Source: Eledone cirrhosa
Lineage: Eukaryota
Assembly (NCBI GenBank): GCA_964016885.1
Contig: OZ024740.1
Coordinates: forward strand, 220,782,001 to 220,846,000
Reading direction: 5' to 3'
Length of the DNA stretch: 64,000 bases
The notes under the pieces were generated by a model that saw only the letters and a program-made list of their open reading frames with translations, did no database searches and was not told the DNA's origin. Of this stretch, positions 50,124 through 62,231 are shown piece after piece. Each line of letters starts with the position of its first letter. Position 1 is the first letter of the stretch. The translations under genes were made by a program, and so were the position numbers.

Positions 50124-51095
50124 TCTATATATATAAAACTGTGGTTGTCTGTCTGTCTATCGATTTTTGGCACACATCTCCTCTTAGAATCTCTCACGGA
50201 ATTGCACCGAAATTGCTATACTTGTACATTGAGCCCTAGCGAAGACATCGGAAAAAAAAAATTTCAAATTGACCCACCCTATGTGACGAAATCGAATATA
50301 ATGTATCGATTTTTGAGCGTAAGTTATCAGTTATTTCCCTTTGTTCTGTTTACATTGAGCGTCTTACGTAAAAAATTACGCTGGCTTTAACATTTGTCGA
50401 GCCAGCAAAATATTGACCTGCAAAATTCATCAGTTCGAACACTAAGCTTCCGTTTTGCTTCATTTCCATTTAAAAGCATTTTAAAACAATATTTTTACTT
50501 GAAAACAAGTCTATTTAAAGACTACGTAAAACAAGCAAATATTTCGTCGTTAGGCGTGCAGACAGATAGTCGTGCAGAGAGGTGATATAGGCGTGCAGAC
50601 AGATAGTCGTGCAGAGAGGTGATATAGGCGTGCAGACAGACAGTCGTGCAGAGAGGTGATATACGCGTGCAGACAGACAGTCGTGCAGAGAGGTGATATA
50701 GGCGTGCAGACAGATAGTCGTGCAGAGAGGTGATATAGGCGTGCAGACAGACAGTCGTGCAGAGAGGTGATATAGGCGTGCAGACAGACATAACTGATAA
50801 TTTGGTTACGCTAATGTTTTTCTCTGCGTTGCAGTGTTTACATTTTCGATCTTTGTTAATAAATAACCAGTGCAGTTTCTATCCCCAGCATCCTCTTTTG
50901 TTATAACATTCGGGTTATCGTTATGTTTTCTTAACTTCATAAGGCATATTGTTGGTTGAGGGAATATTAATCAAAAACACCACATGCAAGTCTGCACAGT
51001 AGACACTACAGTTTTTAAGCCAAAAAAGAAACTTAACATTGTAACTTTAACACAGCTACTGAGCGACCCCGAGCAACGCCGGGCTTTACTGCTAG
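50124..51095 (+). mobile_element. Non-autonomous Helitron
   Basis: A|TCTATATATATAAAACTGTG 5' end; 3' hairpin CCCG-AGCAACGC-CGGG then CTAG|T. Confidence 0.8.
50553..50790 (+). repeat. 37-bp minisatellite (~6.4 copies) inside Helitron
   Basis: GGCGTGCAGACAGA(T/C)AGTCGTGCAGAGAGGTGATATA repeated. Confidence 0.95.
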
Positions 51096-51136
51096 TATAA
51101 TATAAAAGAGAAATGTTTCTAGGCTGGTTGGTTTAA

Positions 51137-51197
<61 letters not shown>

Positions 51198-51293
51198 AAA
51201 CAAAGAAGGCGTGGTAAGATACCAGATGGACCATAACGCACCAGAGTACTCGATGCTCAGGGTAGTAGAGTGGGTAATAGGAAAAGAATCAGG

Positions 51294-51389
51294 ACCCCGA
51301 CGGCTGAGCTCCTGCCGTTTCGACAGCTAGATCCGAACTAACCCAGCAGCATTAGGACGGCAGGGACGTAGCTGAACTTATCAAGGGGT
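51294..51389 (-). ncRNA. Hammerhead ribozyme variant with UUGAUAA core (U3-A8), perfect stem I
   Basis: ACCCC TTGATAA GTTCAGCTA...TAGCTGTC GAAA CGGC-AGGAGCTCA-GCCG TC GGGGT. Confidence 0.8.
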
Positions 51390-52161
51390 ACAGTCCATAT
51401 ATGGGCATGCAAGTCAAAATAAAAATAGCAGAAGTACCAAATCAAACAATCTTAAAAATTTGTTGTTTATCTTGTCTGCCACGGAGTATTGTTTCACCGC
51501 GGTATTTCTTTTTTAATTGAAATAATTTTCGTCATTAGTAGATTAAAAATCTACTTGCAACAACCACAGGACATTTCTTTTTTTTTTTATTTCAATATTT
51601 TTTCCTGGACAATTTTCCTTTACCAGTATAATCAGAAAAATGAACAACTCTGTGAACGAGGTAAGAACTCCGTTTGGTATAGTCTAATCTTGTAAAGTGA
51701 CATAACAATTAGAATTTATTATTATTTTTTATTTGTTTATTTATTTTATTATTTGTAATAAATTTTATTGAAGGAGATAAAAATACACGAAATAATACCA
51801 TAGAAAGGAAAAAAAAAAATTAAATAATAAAATATCTACCATTTTGACGAAATTATATCTACTACACATAGACTACATCAAATTTTATTTATTTACGCCG
51901 TATTTTTGGCTAAAGAAATTTGAGCCTAATGGTGTTGTTTAGAATCCTCTAAGAAATGGAAAAAGATGAGTATTGACGTACATGGGAGTTGAACTCACAT
52001 CTTTGGTTATCCAGACCACTGTAATACCATTACTAACACATCACTCATAGAGGGTTCTAAAACCCAATATCAAGCTAAAATTTCTTTAGCCAAAAAATAC
52101 GGCGAAAGCTTCTATTTCTATTTTCAAACTCGCTCGTAGTTTCAAACTTTATTTATTTATC

Positions 52162-52202
<41 letters not shown>

Positions 52203-52251
52203 CATAGTGCCGAAACATAAGTCAATTGCATGAACTCATAATCCTTTATTT

Positions 52252-52307
52252 ACTGATATATATATTTCGATGATAGCCATTGAATGGCTCTAACCTCATT
52301 AGACAGT
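52252..52307 (-). ncRNA. Decayed hammerhead (G5A), possibly downstream of a PLE 3' remnant
   Basis: ACTGT CTAATGA GGTTAGAGCCATTCAATGGCTATCATC GAAA TATATA TA TCAGT. Confidence 0.55.
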
Positions 52308-52781
52308 TAGTCAGTTCTTAGATATGCCAGCTCTGTGTTTATAGTGTTGATGCTATCAGAGCCTTGGGACATATGAGCTTGTTAGGAATAATTTAATGTT
52401 TTCAGCAGGAATAGTCTTGATTCTCATTGGTCAGTTTGTAGATGGTAGTAGGGTTGGTATTTGACCTCAATGAGGCAGGTGGTGTTGTAAAGTTCAAACC
52501 GTCAGGCAATATGACAATGGTTCCATATGACTGATTTTCACAAAAAGCATTCCTGGTGAGATATATATTCAATTAAGGTTAATAGTATGAAATAGATACT
52601 ACAGGTCATTCTTAAATTGAGGAATTTATGTGGAGTGGTGCTACTGAAATTTATGGTTGGAGTAGAAAATTTACAAATAAAAAGATTTATGTAGGTTGGC
52701 TTGCACTACACTCACACCCACCTCCACAGACACACACACACACATCCACACATACAAAATGTCGGGTGGTAATACTTAAAA

Positions 52782-52912
52782 TAATTGTTTCTACTTTAGG
52801 CACAAGGCCAGCAATTACCCAGTGCATAACTGGTACTTTATTTTATCGACCCCGTAAGGATGAAAGGCAAAGTCTACCTCGGCGGGATTTGAGGTAGACT
52901 TTGCCTTTCATA
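52782..52912 (-). mobile_element. SINE fragment with terminal inversion
   Basis: Core and tail; ATGAAAGGCAAAGTCTACCTC is followed by its reverse complement GAGGTAGACTTTGCCTTTCAT. Confidence 0.8.
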
Positions 52913-52999
52913 CTTAAAATAATGGTTAGAGTCCAATACTTAGATAGTTTAGAAAATTTAGAAATAAAAGGTTTATATGCTGGTTGACTTGTACATACA

Positions 53000-53412
53000 C
53001 TCGCTCGAGTCGGTGGGGTTGGATCGAGTGGACGGCAAAAGGCCAGATGGCATGACCATCTTCCTGTTCCGCGGTGGCAAACCCCTTGTCTGGGATGCCA
53101 CTTGCACCAACACTTTCTGCAGCCGCAACCTGGTGCACTCTGCGACTGACCCAGGTTCTGCTGCACGTCAGGCTGTGGGGGCCAAACTCCTCAAACACCG
53201 GTCGCTCTCCGACAGGTTTGCGGTCGTACCCCTGGCAGTGGAGACTTCTGGTGTCCTCGGCCCCAGGGCTCTCCTTACTCACCACCCACTGGCCAGCCGC
53301 AAGTGTGAGCCCCGCGAGTTGAGTGGCTTTTCCAGCGTGTCTCCCTTGCCGTCCTCCGGGGAAACGTCTTCTCCATTCCGTCCGCCGGGGCTGTGGGTGG
53401 GCCCCATCGCGT
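53000..53412 (+). mobile_element. CRE-clade element, second 3' fragment
   Basis: Highly similar to 12925-13350, same 3' end GGGCCCCATCGCGTA. Confidence 0.88.
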
Positions 53413-54440
53413 ATCATTTTTGTAAATATGACAACGATCTCTCCAACTAACGACGTATTATCTTCGCTTTTTTTCCGTTCTTTCTGTATTAAGATATTCT
53501 AAATAAATTAGTCCATTTAACAAAAAAAAAAAAAAAATCAAAATATATATATTGTAGTCAAAGCAATTATTCGAAGACCTAATTCTTGACTAACCATTTC
53601 ATTACACGTAGCTTTAATTAAACTGTTCATATTTTTTTCTTATTTTCTGTCGAGTTGTCAGGACTTCTGTGTTTTTAGTAACACTAAACATTTCAATGAT
53701 ATATTTACACCCAACGCCATGTATGTATGTATGTATGCATTTATGCATGCATGCATCCATGCATGAATGATGTGTATGTGTGTGTATGTATGTATGTATG
53801 TATGTATGTATGTATGTATGTATGTATGTATGTATGTATGTATGTATGTATGTATGTATGTATGTATATGTGTGTATATGTGTGTGTATATATGTCTATA
53901 TATATATATAGTGTAGGTAGTATAATGATATACTGGTGTTGATACCAAATTAAGCACTCTATGCATAGGCAGAGTATATATGACAGAAAAAACGAAGTTT
54001 CGTTCACATATGAAAAATATTTATTGCATATTCACCTGTTACGCCTATTTCGCAGAGGATTGGCTCAGGGTGACCCATAGGAGTTATTGACTCGACTCCA
54101 GTATCGATCTGCTCCTCAGGGAGTAAAGCTTTAGTTCTTTCAGCCTCTACCAGTAACTCATGCGACAAAATATATATTGTTGTTGTGGTAGTTGGGCCGA
54201 GAAGGAATATATAGGCGTCGGCCCTATTTCTTTGTGTGTGGGCATTTGTATGCATTTTGGTGTAATTGGTGGTGGTGGGGGGGGGGGGAAATGCGGGTGT
54301 GTGACATTTTTTGCGATGCATGGCATTGCCATAGACAAGTACCTAACAGGACTAAAAGGCCACATCCGTGATGCTCATGCTTAAGTAGCTAGCGATGGCA
54401 TTACTCGAAATCGAGTTGCAGTCATCATGTATGTATGTAT

Positions 54441-55450
54441 GTTCTCTTCTTTGTGCCTGCGAGACCTGGGTCACATATCGACACCACCTTAAGCAATTGG
54501 AGCGTTTCCATCAGATGTGTCTCAGACGGATCCATGGCGTTCACTGGAGGGACCACATCAGTGATGTCGCGATTTTGGAAAGCTCTATGTGTGACAGTAT
54601 AGAAGCTCTTGTGCTTAAGCAACGACTCCGTTGGAGTGGTCACCTTGCCAGGATGAAGGATTCTAGAATACCAAAACAACTCTTTTATGGAGAGTTGGTT
54701 AAAGGAAAACGACCGCCACATAAACCAAAAAAGAGGTATAAGGATTCCTTGAAAGCCTCTTTAAAAGACGCTAACATCTCTGCTGATACATGGGAAAATA
54801 TTGCTGCTGATCGTAATAAACGGAGAAAGACTGTATATGAGGGAAAAGTTGCCTTTGAGGCATCTCGAATCGCATACGAGAAAGTAAAGCGGGATGTGAG
54901 GAAGGGCATTGCTGTTGCACTTTCAGACGGCGAAGGTCCTCCTATGGTGCTGACATGCAGCGTCTGTGCGAGACTCTGCCTAAGCAAAGCTGGACTCGAA
55001 AGTCATCTTCGCAATCATAAAGTAAGACCAGTGGTTGACTACCAGGCTGCTGTTGGAGATGCTACTCATCATGCTTGCCAAGCATGTGGTAGAGAATGTA
55101 AATCAGCAGGAGGGCTCAAACGACATGCAAAAGTACACAAACTCCAACCACAGCCGGCTATTCCCAGTAAATGTTTTGGTTGCCGACTCTGTGCAAGACA
55201 TTTTAGATCATTGGCTGGGCTAGAAAGCCACATTCGATCGCAGCGCTGTTAGTTGCTATCGTGTGTGTGTGTCTGTGTATAGATATGTTTGTGTGTGCGT
55301 GTATGTGTGTATATATATATATATGTATATTATTATTATTGTTGTTGTCGTTATTATTATTGTTATTATTATTATTATTGTTATTATGATGTTTTTTTCT
55401 TTCTCGTGCAATGGCCATACTCGATAACGAGGGGGCAGCCATCATCATCA
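54441..55450 (+). mobile_element. RTE-clade LINE 3' part with three C-terminal C2H2-type zinc fingers
   Basis: CETW..., RLRWSGHLARM, PKQLFYGEL, DR; fingers CSVC..H...H, CQAC..H...H, CRLC..H; 3' stem-loop then (ATC)n(ATGT)n. Confidence 0.88.
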
Positions 55451-55500
55451 TGTATGTATGTATGTATGTATGTATGTATGTATGTATGTATGTATGTATG

Positions 55501-56108
55501 TCAGGTCACCAGTTGGTGCTACTGGTAACATGTATCCCAGTACAACCTGTCCCATGGTCGGGTCGTTGGCGACTAAACTGGCAACCCCACCAAGGTTTCT
55601 TGGTGAGGAGGGTGACTTTGGACATCCTGCAGGACTAAAAACAAAACCTGTCGAAGGGCAAAGGAGCTCTTAAGAGTCAATGGCCATCCAAAATCACTGG
55701 GAGAGATGACCCCTTAGCCTTTGTCAAGGCAGAATTCTAAGAGAAGGAAAACTCTGATATAACACCTGCAACCCTGATGGTATCCAATGATGTTGACTTG
55801 TTCTTCTTTTTGGTAAATATCATCTTGGTTAAGAGAGTGGGACTGGCTTTGTGCAGTGCCTTTGCTCACTATAAAAGCTTCACGGCACAGGCATTGCTTT
55901 ATATCTGGAGATCTCTCTGCACTTGTCGTCACATGGTACCATGGGCCCAGCACTATGTGTCAATAATTGTCACAAGTGTAGTGTTTGTACCAGAGTTTTC
56001 AAGTCGCTGGCTGGACTAAAAAGTCACACTCGTTCAGCGCATCGGTAGGGGTTCTCCTACATGGATATAAAGTAGTGGCCGTACTCGAAAACGAGTTGGC
56101 AGCCACCA
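55501..56108 (+). mobile_element. RTE-derived non-autonomous element (~600 bp)
   Basis: Contains C2H2 remnant CSVCTRVFKSLAGLKSH and 3' stem-loop CTCG-AAAA-CGAG like the RTE at 55410; (ATGT)n on both sides. Confidence 0.8.
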
Positions 56109-56147
56109 TGTATGTATGTATGTATGTATGTATGTATGTATGTATGT

Positions 56148-56705
56148 ATTACTCTATTATGTGTTCCAGTCGACAGGCCGAGGACATGCTGGGGCACTGC
56201 CATTGATGCAACACCCTCTATAGCCAGCTTTCCTTGGTAGGCCAATGATGTAAAAGCGAGTTTGCTGCTGCCCTTATTTGCCCTTCATCTCGTGCTGTGG
56301 GTTCATCCGGGATCTTGGCCAGCAGGGTGTTGAGAGACTTTTGAAAACATCTACATGTACACAATGTAGATCTCTCAGATATTTTGGCAATTTATTAAAG
56401 AGATGGGGGTCATTTGAACCTGCTATTGCAGTATACGGTCCTTATTCTTGATGCGATGGATGGGACCTTTGGCACTACACAGTAGCATCTTGTTCGTAGG
56501 CTGGTTCTCCCTTCAATGCTAAAGTTTGGTGCTAACCCTTCCAGGATCTTCCATATGTATACCACTGCGTATCTCTCCCTTCTTTGCTCCAGGGAGTAAA
56601 GCTTTAGTTCTTTCAGCCTCTACCAGTAACTCATCTCTTTCATTGAGGCAATACTCTTGGTGTAGCTTCGTTGGATTGCTTCAAGTTCTGCAGTTAGTTT
56701 GACAA
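56148..56705 (-). mobile_element. CR1/L2-like LINE 3' fragment
   Basis: ELEAIQRSYTK...RLKELKLYSLEQRRERY..YIWKI; 45-bp piece also at 54118-54162. Confidence 0.75.
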
Positions 56706-56855
56706 GGCCTTTCCCCACGTAAAAAACATTCAAAGCACAGACATTGCTTGTTCAGGATCTGTTACAGGTTCGTGTGGCTGGCCGCAGCCTAAAAGTGCAC
56801 CAAACTCTATAATCTGACAAGCGATTGCAATACTCTTAGCAGAGTTTGCAGCCAT

Positions 56856-56899
<44 letters not shown>

Positions 56900-56901
<2 letters not shown>

Positions 56902-57422
56902 GTATGTTATCTCTTTCTCTTAATTTCGAGTATATTTTTTTTGACCGGCCACCTTCCTGGTGGCAAGGTTGTAAAAGAAAAGAAATTGTCATCCCTTGAA
57001 TCGCAAGAATGTTTTGCAAATTTTGAAGGTGCCAGCTATCGCAGCCATTTGTAGACTATGAATTAGGGAGCTGCGCTCTTTGTCCGCAAATCCAAGTTCA
57101 GTCATACTTTGGTCCAAGCGGCTGGGTATATAACCCGTAGCTCCAATAATGATGGGTATGAAGCTAAAGGTGTATCTTGGGTACTGGATTTGTAAACTCC
57201 TCATCAATGGTCCGTAGATGTCCTCCTTCTCCTGTATTTTTCTGACAACGTTTACATCAAGAGGGCAGTTGATCTCCACAACAGAACACGTTTTCAATGT
57301 GTGGTCCCAAACAACAATATCAGGCCGGTTGTGCTTTAATTTGGTGGCAGTTTTTATTTTCAGGTTCCACCAGTATTCCTTAGTGCCATCTGTCTCAATA
57401 TATTCTTCCTCGTTTGTTGTTA
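56900..57422 (-). mobile_element. RLE-type (R4/NeSL-like) non-LTR 3' fragment
   Basis: HNRPDIVVWD...VEINCPLD...K...Y..L...IPIIIGATG...LQ; both ends in (ACAT)n. Confidence 0.8.
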
Positions 57423-57749
57423 AGTATGTATGTATGTATGTATGTATGTATGTATGTATGTATGTATGTATGTATGTATGTATGTATGTATGTATGTATG
57501 TATGTATGTTCTTCTGGTTTTATAATTTCACAAAGTTTTACCAATAGAGAGAGAGTCGGCTTCTAACATAGACACAAGACTCTCTCATTGGAATTTACAC
57601 AACATCAACTAGGTAGATATGTATGTATGTCTGCATGCATGCATGTGTAGATATGGATGTTATTGTATGTGTGGATGTTTTGAGTTGTATGTGTGCATGT
57701 GTATATGCTTTGTATCTGTACATGTGTATATGCAGTTATTAGATATTAC

Positions 57750-57780
<31 letters not shown>

Positions 57781-57820
57781 TGTATGTATGTATGTATGTA
57801 TGTATGTATGTATGTATGTA

Positions 57821-58064
57821 TGCTCACTATAAAAGCTTCACGGCACAGGCATTGCTTTATATCTGGAGATCTCTGCACTTGTCGTCACATGGTACCATGG
57901 GCTCAGCACTATGTGTCAATAATTGTCACAAGTGTAGTGTTTGTACCAGAGTTTTCAAGTCGCTGGCTGGACTAAAAAGTCACACTTGTTCAGCCCATCG
58001 GTAGGGGTTCTCCTACATGGATATAAAGTAGTGGCCGTACTCGAAAACGAGTTGGCAGCCACCA
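57821..58064 (+). mobile_element. 3' fragment of RTE-derived short element
   Basis: Matches 55864-56108. Confidence 0.85.
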
Positions 58065-58134
58065 TGTATGTATGTATGTATGTATGTATGTATGTATGTA
58101 TGTATGTATGTATGTATGTATGTATGTATGTATT

Positions 58135-58690
58135 TTTAGTCGCCAACGACCCGACCATGGGACTGGCAACCCCACCAAGGTTTCTTGGTGAGGAGGGTGA
58201 CTTTGGACATCCTGCAGGACTAAAAACAAAATCTGTCAAAGGGAAAAGGAGCTCTTAAGAGTCAATGGCCATCCAAAATCACCGGGAGAGATGACCCCTT
58301 AGCCTTTGTCAAGGCAGAATTCTAGGAGAAGGAAAACTCTGATATAACACCTGCAACCCTGATGGTATCCAATGATGTTGACTTGTTCTTTTTGGTAAAT
58401 ATCATCTTGGTTAAGAGAGTGGGACTGGCTTTGTGCAGTGCCTTTGCTCACTATAAAAGCTTCACGGCACAGGCATTGCTTTATATCTGGAGATCTCTCT
58501 GCACTTGTCGTCACATGGTACCATGGGCCCAGCACTATGTGTCAATAATTGTCACAAGTGTAGTGTTTGTACCAGAGTTTTCAAGTCGTTGGCTGGACTA
58601 AAAAGTCACACTCGTTCAGCGCATCGGTAGGGGTTCTCCTACATGGATATAAAGTAGTGGCCGTACTCGAAAACGAGTTGGCAGCCACTA
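58135..58690 (+). mobile_element. RTE-derived short element with 29-bp 5' inversion
   Basis: Matches 55578-56108; 58135-58163 is the reverse complement of 55549-55577. Confidence 0.88.
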
Positions 58691-58808
58691 TGTATGTATG
58701 TATGCATGCATGCATGTATGTATTTATGTGTGTATGTCTCGTAAGTTAGCGGTTTAACGAAAGAGTTCGATGAAATAAGTACTCGACTTGAAAAAAATAT
58801 GTATTGTG

Positions 58809-58902
58809 TTGATATTATCGTGATAATGATATTATCGTGATAATATTGATATTATCGTGATCATATTGATATTATCGTGATAATATAAATATTATCGTGA
58901 TT
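58809..58902. repeat. ~20-bp tandem repeat of a near-palindromic unit (ATATTATCGTGATAATAT)
   Basis: About 5 copies. Confidence 0.85.
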
Positions 58903-59020
58903 GTATTGTGCACATGTTTTGTGGTGGGGGTTTCTATCTCTCCGATATGTTCATAAATCTTTCGATCTATTTTTCTTTCTTCAATGTAGTTAGATGATTG
59001 CTCTACATGCCCTGTGTATA

Positions 59021-59031
59021 TCTATATATAT

Positions 59032-59062
<31 letters not shown>

Positions 59063-59886
59063 CATTTGAATCCCTAAAACTCGAGAAATACCCAAATGAT
59101 TTTTTTCAAACTTTATATGTGTATTACTTATGTTTCAGGGAGTGTTATGCACATAAAAAATTCAACATTTTGATCCCCTAGGGCCCGCATTAGGTGAAAA
59201 ACTGCGTTTTTTCAGCTTCTTAGGGGTTTTTTGAGGCGTTATGTCAAACCGATTTCCTTGAAATTGTAACTATGTATTAGTCAGTCTCGTCTTCATACCG
59301 TGAGCAAAGAAAATCCAACTTTTTTATGGCCAGGGCCCGCATTAGGTGAAAAACTTCATTTTTTCAGCTTTTTAGGGCTTTTTTGAGGCGTGACGTCAAT
59401 CGCATTCAGAATTATTTCCCTTGGACTGCTTCCAGAATTATTTCCCTTGGAATATATTGTATTATTAGAAGTCTAATCTAGGCATATGGCAGTATCGGTA
59501 GAGGGTCGGACGCCATGCTTTCCAGCATAGTTACGTCCCTTTACGATCTGAGTTCAAATCCCGCGGAGGTTGACTTTGCCTTTCATCCTTACGGGGTCGA
59601 TAAAATAAAGTACCAGTAATGCACTTGGTAATTGCTGGCCTTGTGCCTAAAGTAGAAACAATTATGCACAAAATTCATTTTCTTCATTCCCCAGGGCCGG
59701 CATTAGGTGAAAACCTGCATTTTTCCTGCTTCATCGAGGAAAATCTTAAAGATTATCCAGCCATCAGAGTATTCGGTTTATTTTCTTTACATATTGTCGA
59801 GGCATGCAGTTTTCCCACGATTTGATCTGTTAGCGGCCCGCGTTCCAAAATACCTTATCCCGTGCAACGCCGGGTATCACTGCTAG
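59021..59886 (+). mobile_element. Non-autonomous Helitron (same termini as 50124) with nested SINE at 59487-59665
   Basis: TCTATATATATAAAACTGTG start; CCCGTGCAACGCCGGG...CTAG end; three internal AGGGCCCGCATTAGGTGAAAA-like repeats. Confidence 0.8.
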
Positions 59887-60714
59887 AAATATATAAATTC
59901 GTTTCTCTATACGATGTTTTATTACTGAAGATCAGTTCTTTAGAAATGTATGTTAAAGCCTGTTCTTTAACGTATGTTAAAGTCTGTTCACGTAAAGTTG
60001 AAGTTTCACCAGGCCGGTTCTTATCCACGTTAAGCGACTGAGCGTACAAGACTCTCCCTGAGTAGGATTAACTCCCCAGTTACTGCCGATACTCACTCTC
60101 AGCTGAGGGTACTGGAGTAATGTGAAATAAAGTGTTTTGTTCATGAATATAACACAGCACTGAATCAAGAACACAGGAATTGAACCGATGACATTATGAT
60201 CGAAGTTCAACATCCTTACCATTAGGCAATGCGGCTTCACACAGAAACGTATGCATATGAATATATTGTTATGGTTGATCAAAACAATTAGTTTAGGTAC
60301 AGTTAGTGTAAATAGATAAGTGAAATATGGTTGATGGCCTAGAGAAAGGGGTATTCAATACAGAAGTAGAGTTTTAATATTCAATATTATTGTTTTAAAA
60401 GGCCTGCTGTTGACAATTGAACTGTTAAATCCTAGGCTCTCTCTTCAAGACATCCAACCATACAATAGAGTCCAACTGCATAAAGTTGTTTATTTCATAC
60501 AAAACAGAGTAGTTATAGTAAAGACAGAGCATGCAAGCTATGTGGACATGTGAGTCATCCCTCATGAGACACACAAACATAGAATAGTTCATTGTCACTT
60601 GATAGTGAAGTGGGGTGAACATATGCATTATCAGACAGGCATGCCAGTCGCATTCAGTCTTCCTCACAATTATTATACAAATAATAATATTGAATATATA
60701 TATATATATATATG

Positions 60715-60895
60715 AAAAAAGTCAGGACCTCTATGGCTAAGTTCCAGCCGTTTCGAAAGCTAGACCCGATCTAGCTGTCGAAACGGCTGGAACTCAGCCG
60801 TAGGGGTCCTGACTCTTTTCATATTACCCACTCTACTATCCTAAGTATTGAGTACTCTGGTGTATTATGGCCCACCTGGTATCTTACCACACACT
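60715..60895 (+). mobile_element. Foldback remnant of the HHR-bearing element family (3' half of hammerhead plus inverted copy)
   Basis: CTAGCTGTC GAAA CGGCTGGAACTCAGCCG TA GGGGTCCTGAC preceded by its diverged reverse complement; downstream matches 51205-51290. Confidence 0.7.
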
Positions 60896-61178
60896 CTTTG
60901 TTTGATATATATATATGCAAACAAGAAAGTAGGACCATCAAACACAGAAATCCAAATACAAGAAATCATTGAATGCCCTATACATATTATCAGCAATGAA
61001 TGTAAAGGAAAGGGATGTTTCTCTTTGTCGAATAAATAAATGAACAATCAAGTCTAACAATCATTTTATTTAATGCAATAATTTAGTAAATTTCCTACAA
61101 CGTCAATATTTTGAGGAGCGGATCTTTCCACGTCTGTTCATGTCCGTGGTCCAAAAAGAGTGAGTGAACCTGTGGCTG

Positions 61179-61949
61179 TGTCCGGGTGTATTTTTGCCTC
61201 CGCTCTCTGAAGGGTTGTTAAGGGGAGGCAACTGCTAGTTGCTAAGCGACCATCTCAGCCACTACATTCACCTCGGAGCAGATTTTTTGTCGAAAAATCG
61301 TTAACAATGAAGCGAAGGTAGTTTACAAAATGTAGAAGAATGTATCAACAAATTAAAAAAAAAAAAAATAAATAGGTTCATGTCTGCAAGCATTAACACA
61401 GAGAAAAAACAAAAAAAAAAAAAAAAAACATACAGTAAAAGATGCAAAATGCATGAAAAGATAACACTCTTCGCAATAAAGGGGCCCCCAGATGCGATAA
61501 ACAAGAAAAAAAATGTTTTGCTAGGCAATGAAAATGCCTTATGTAGCATAGTTATAAAAATGCACTCCAAAAAAATGGACTGTGTCAGAATTGACAACAG
61601 TCGTAATGTTACGCAAAATATAATATATTGACACTGCCGTAGGCAGTCAAGAATCAAAAAGTAACAAAATGCAATGTACAACAAAAACAATTGGAAGGAA
61701 AAAACAAAAAAAAAATACAATTCAGTTTATATTACTGCATAGCTTACGGGGCCAATGCACCCAGAACGGGTCGTAGTTCTGTGTGTTGATGGTGGGGGGG
61801 GGGGAGAAATAGGCCCGTGTGGCAAAGAAAAAGAAGGGGGCATTTGAGTTTCAAGTGTCATTGTCCAGGTGTATTTTTGCCTCCGCTCTCTGAAGGGTTG
61901 TTAAGGGGAGGCAACTGCTAGTTGCCAAGCGACCATCTCAGCCACTACA
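61179..61949. repeat. 88-bp direct repeats with TG...CA ends (61179-61266, 61862-61949)
   Basis: Two near-identical copies 683 bp apart. Confidence 0.75.
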
Positions 61950-62231
61950 AATGATTTTGCTAAAAATCGAATTCAACTTTGAGGCAGTTAGAATCCAAAA
62001 TATTCTAAGGAGCAATTGGCTTGACCTGGAGGAACTTGGAATATGCTTAGGCAACGATTTTCAATAAAAGTATATCTCTACAGTATCATGATTTCAAAAA
62101 CAACACAAAAACTGGTTATATTCTATAACACAGAATAAGAAACAAAACTATTGTAACATTACGATAACAACTGTGTATTTGTTTATTTATTTGTTTATTT
62201 GTTTGTTAATTTTGTTGTTAAACTTATTCAA

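Noticed and set aside
54395-55252. Host C2H2 zinc-finger gene
   Set aside because: Fingers are in frame with an RTE C-terminal domain and followed by a retroelement tail
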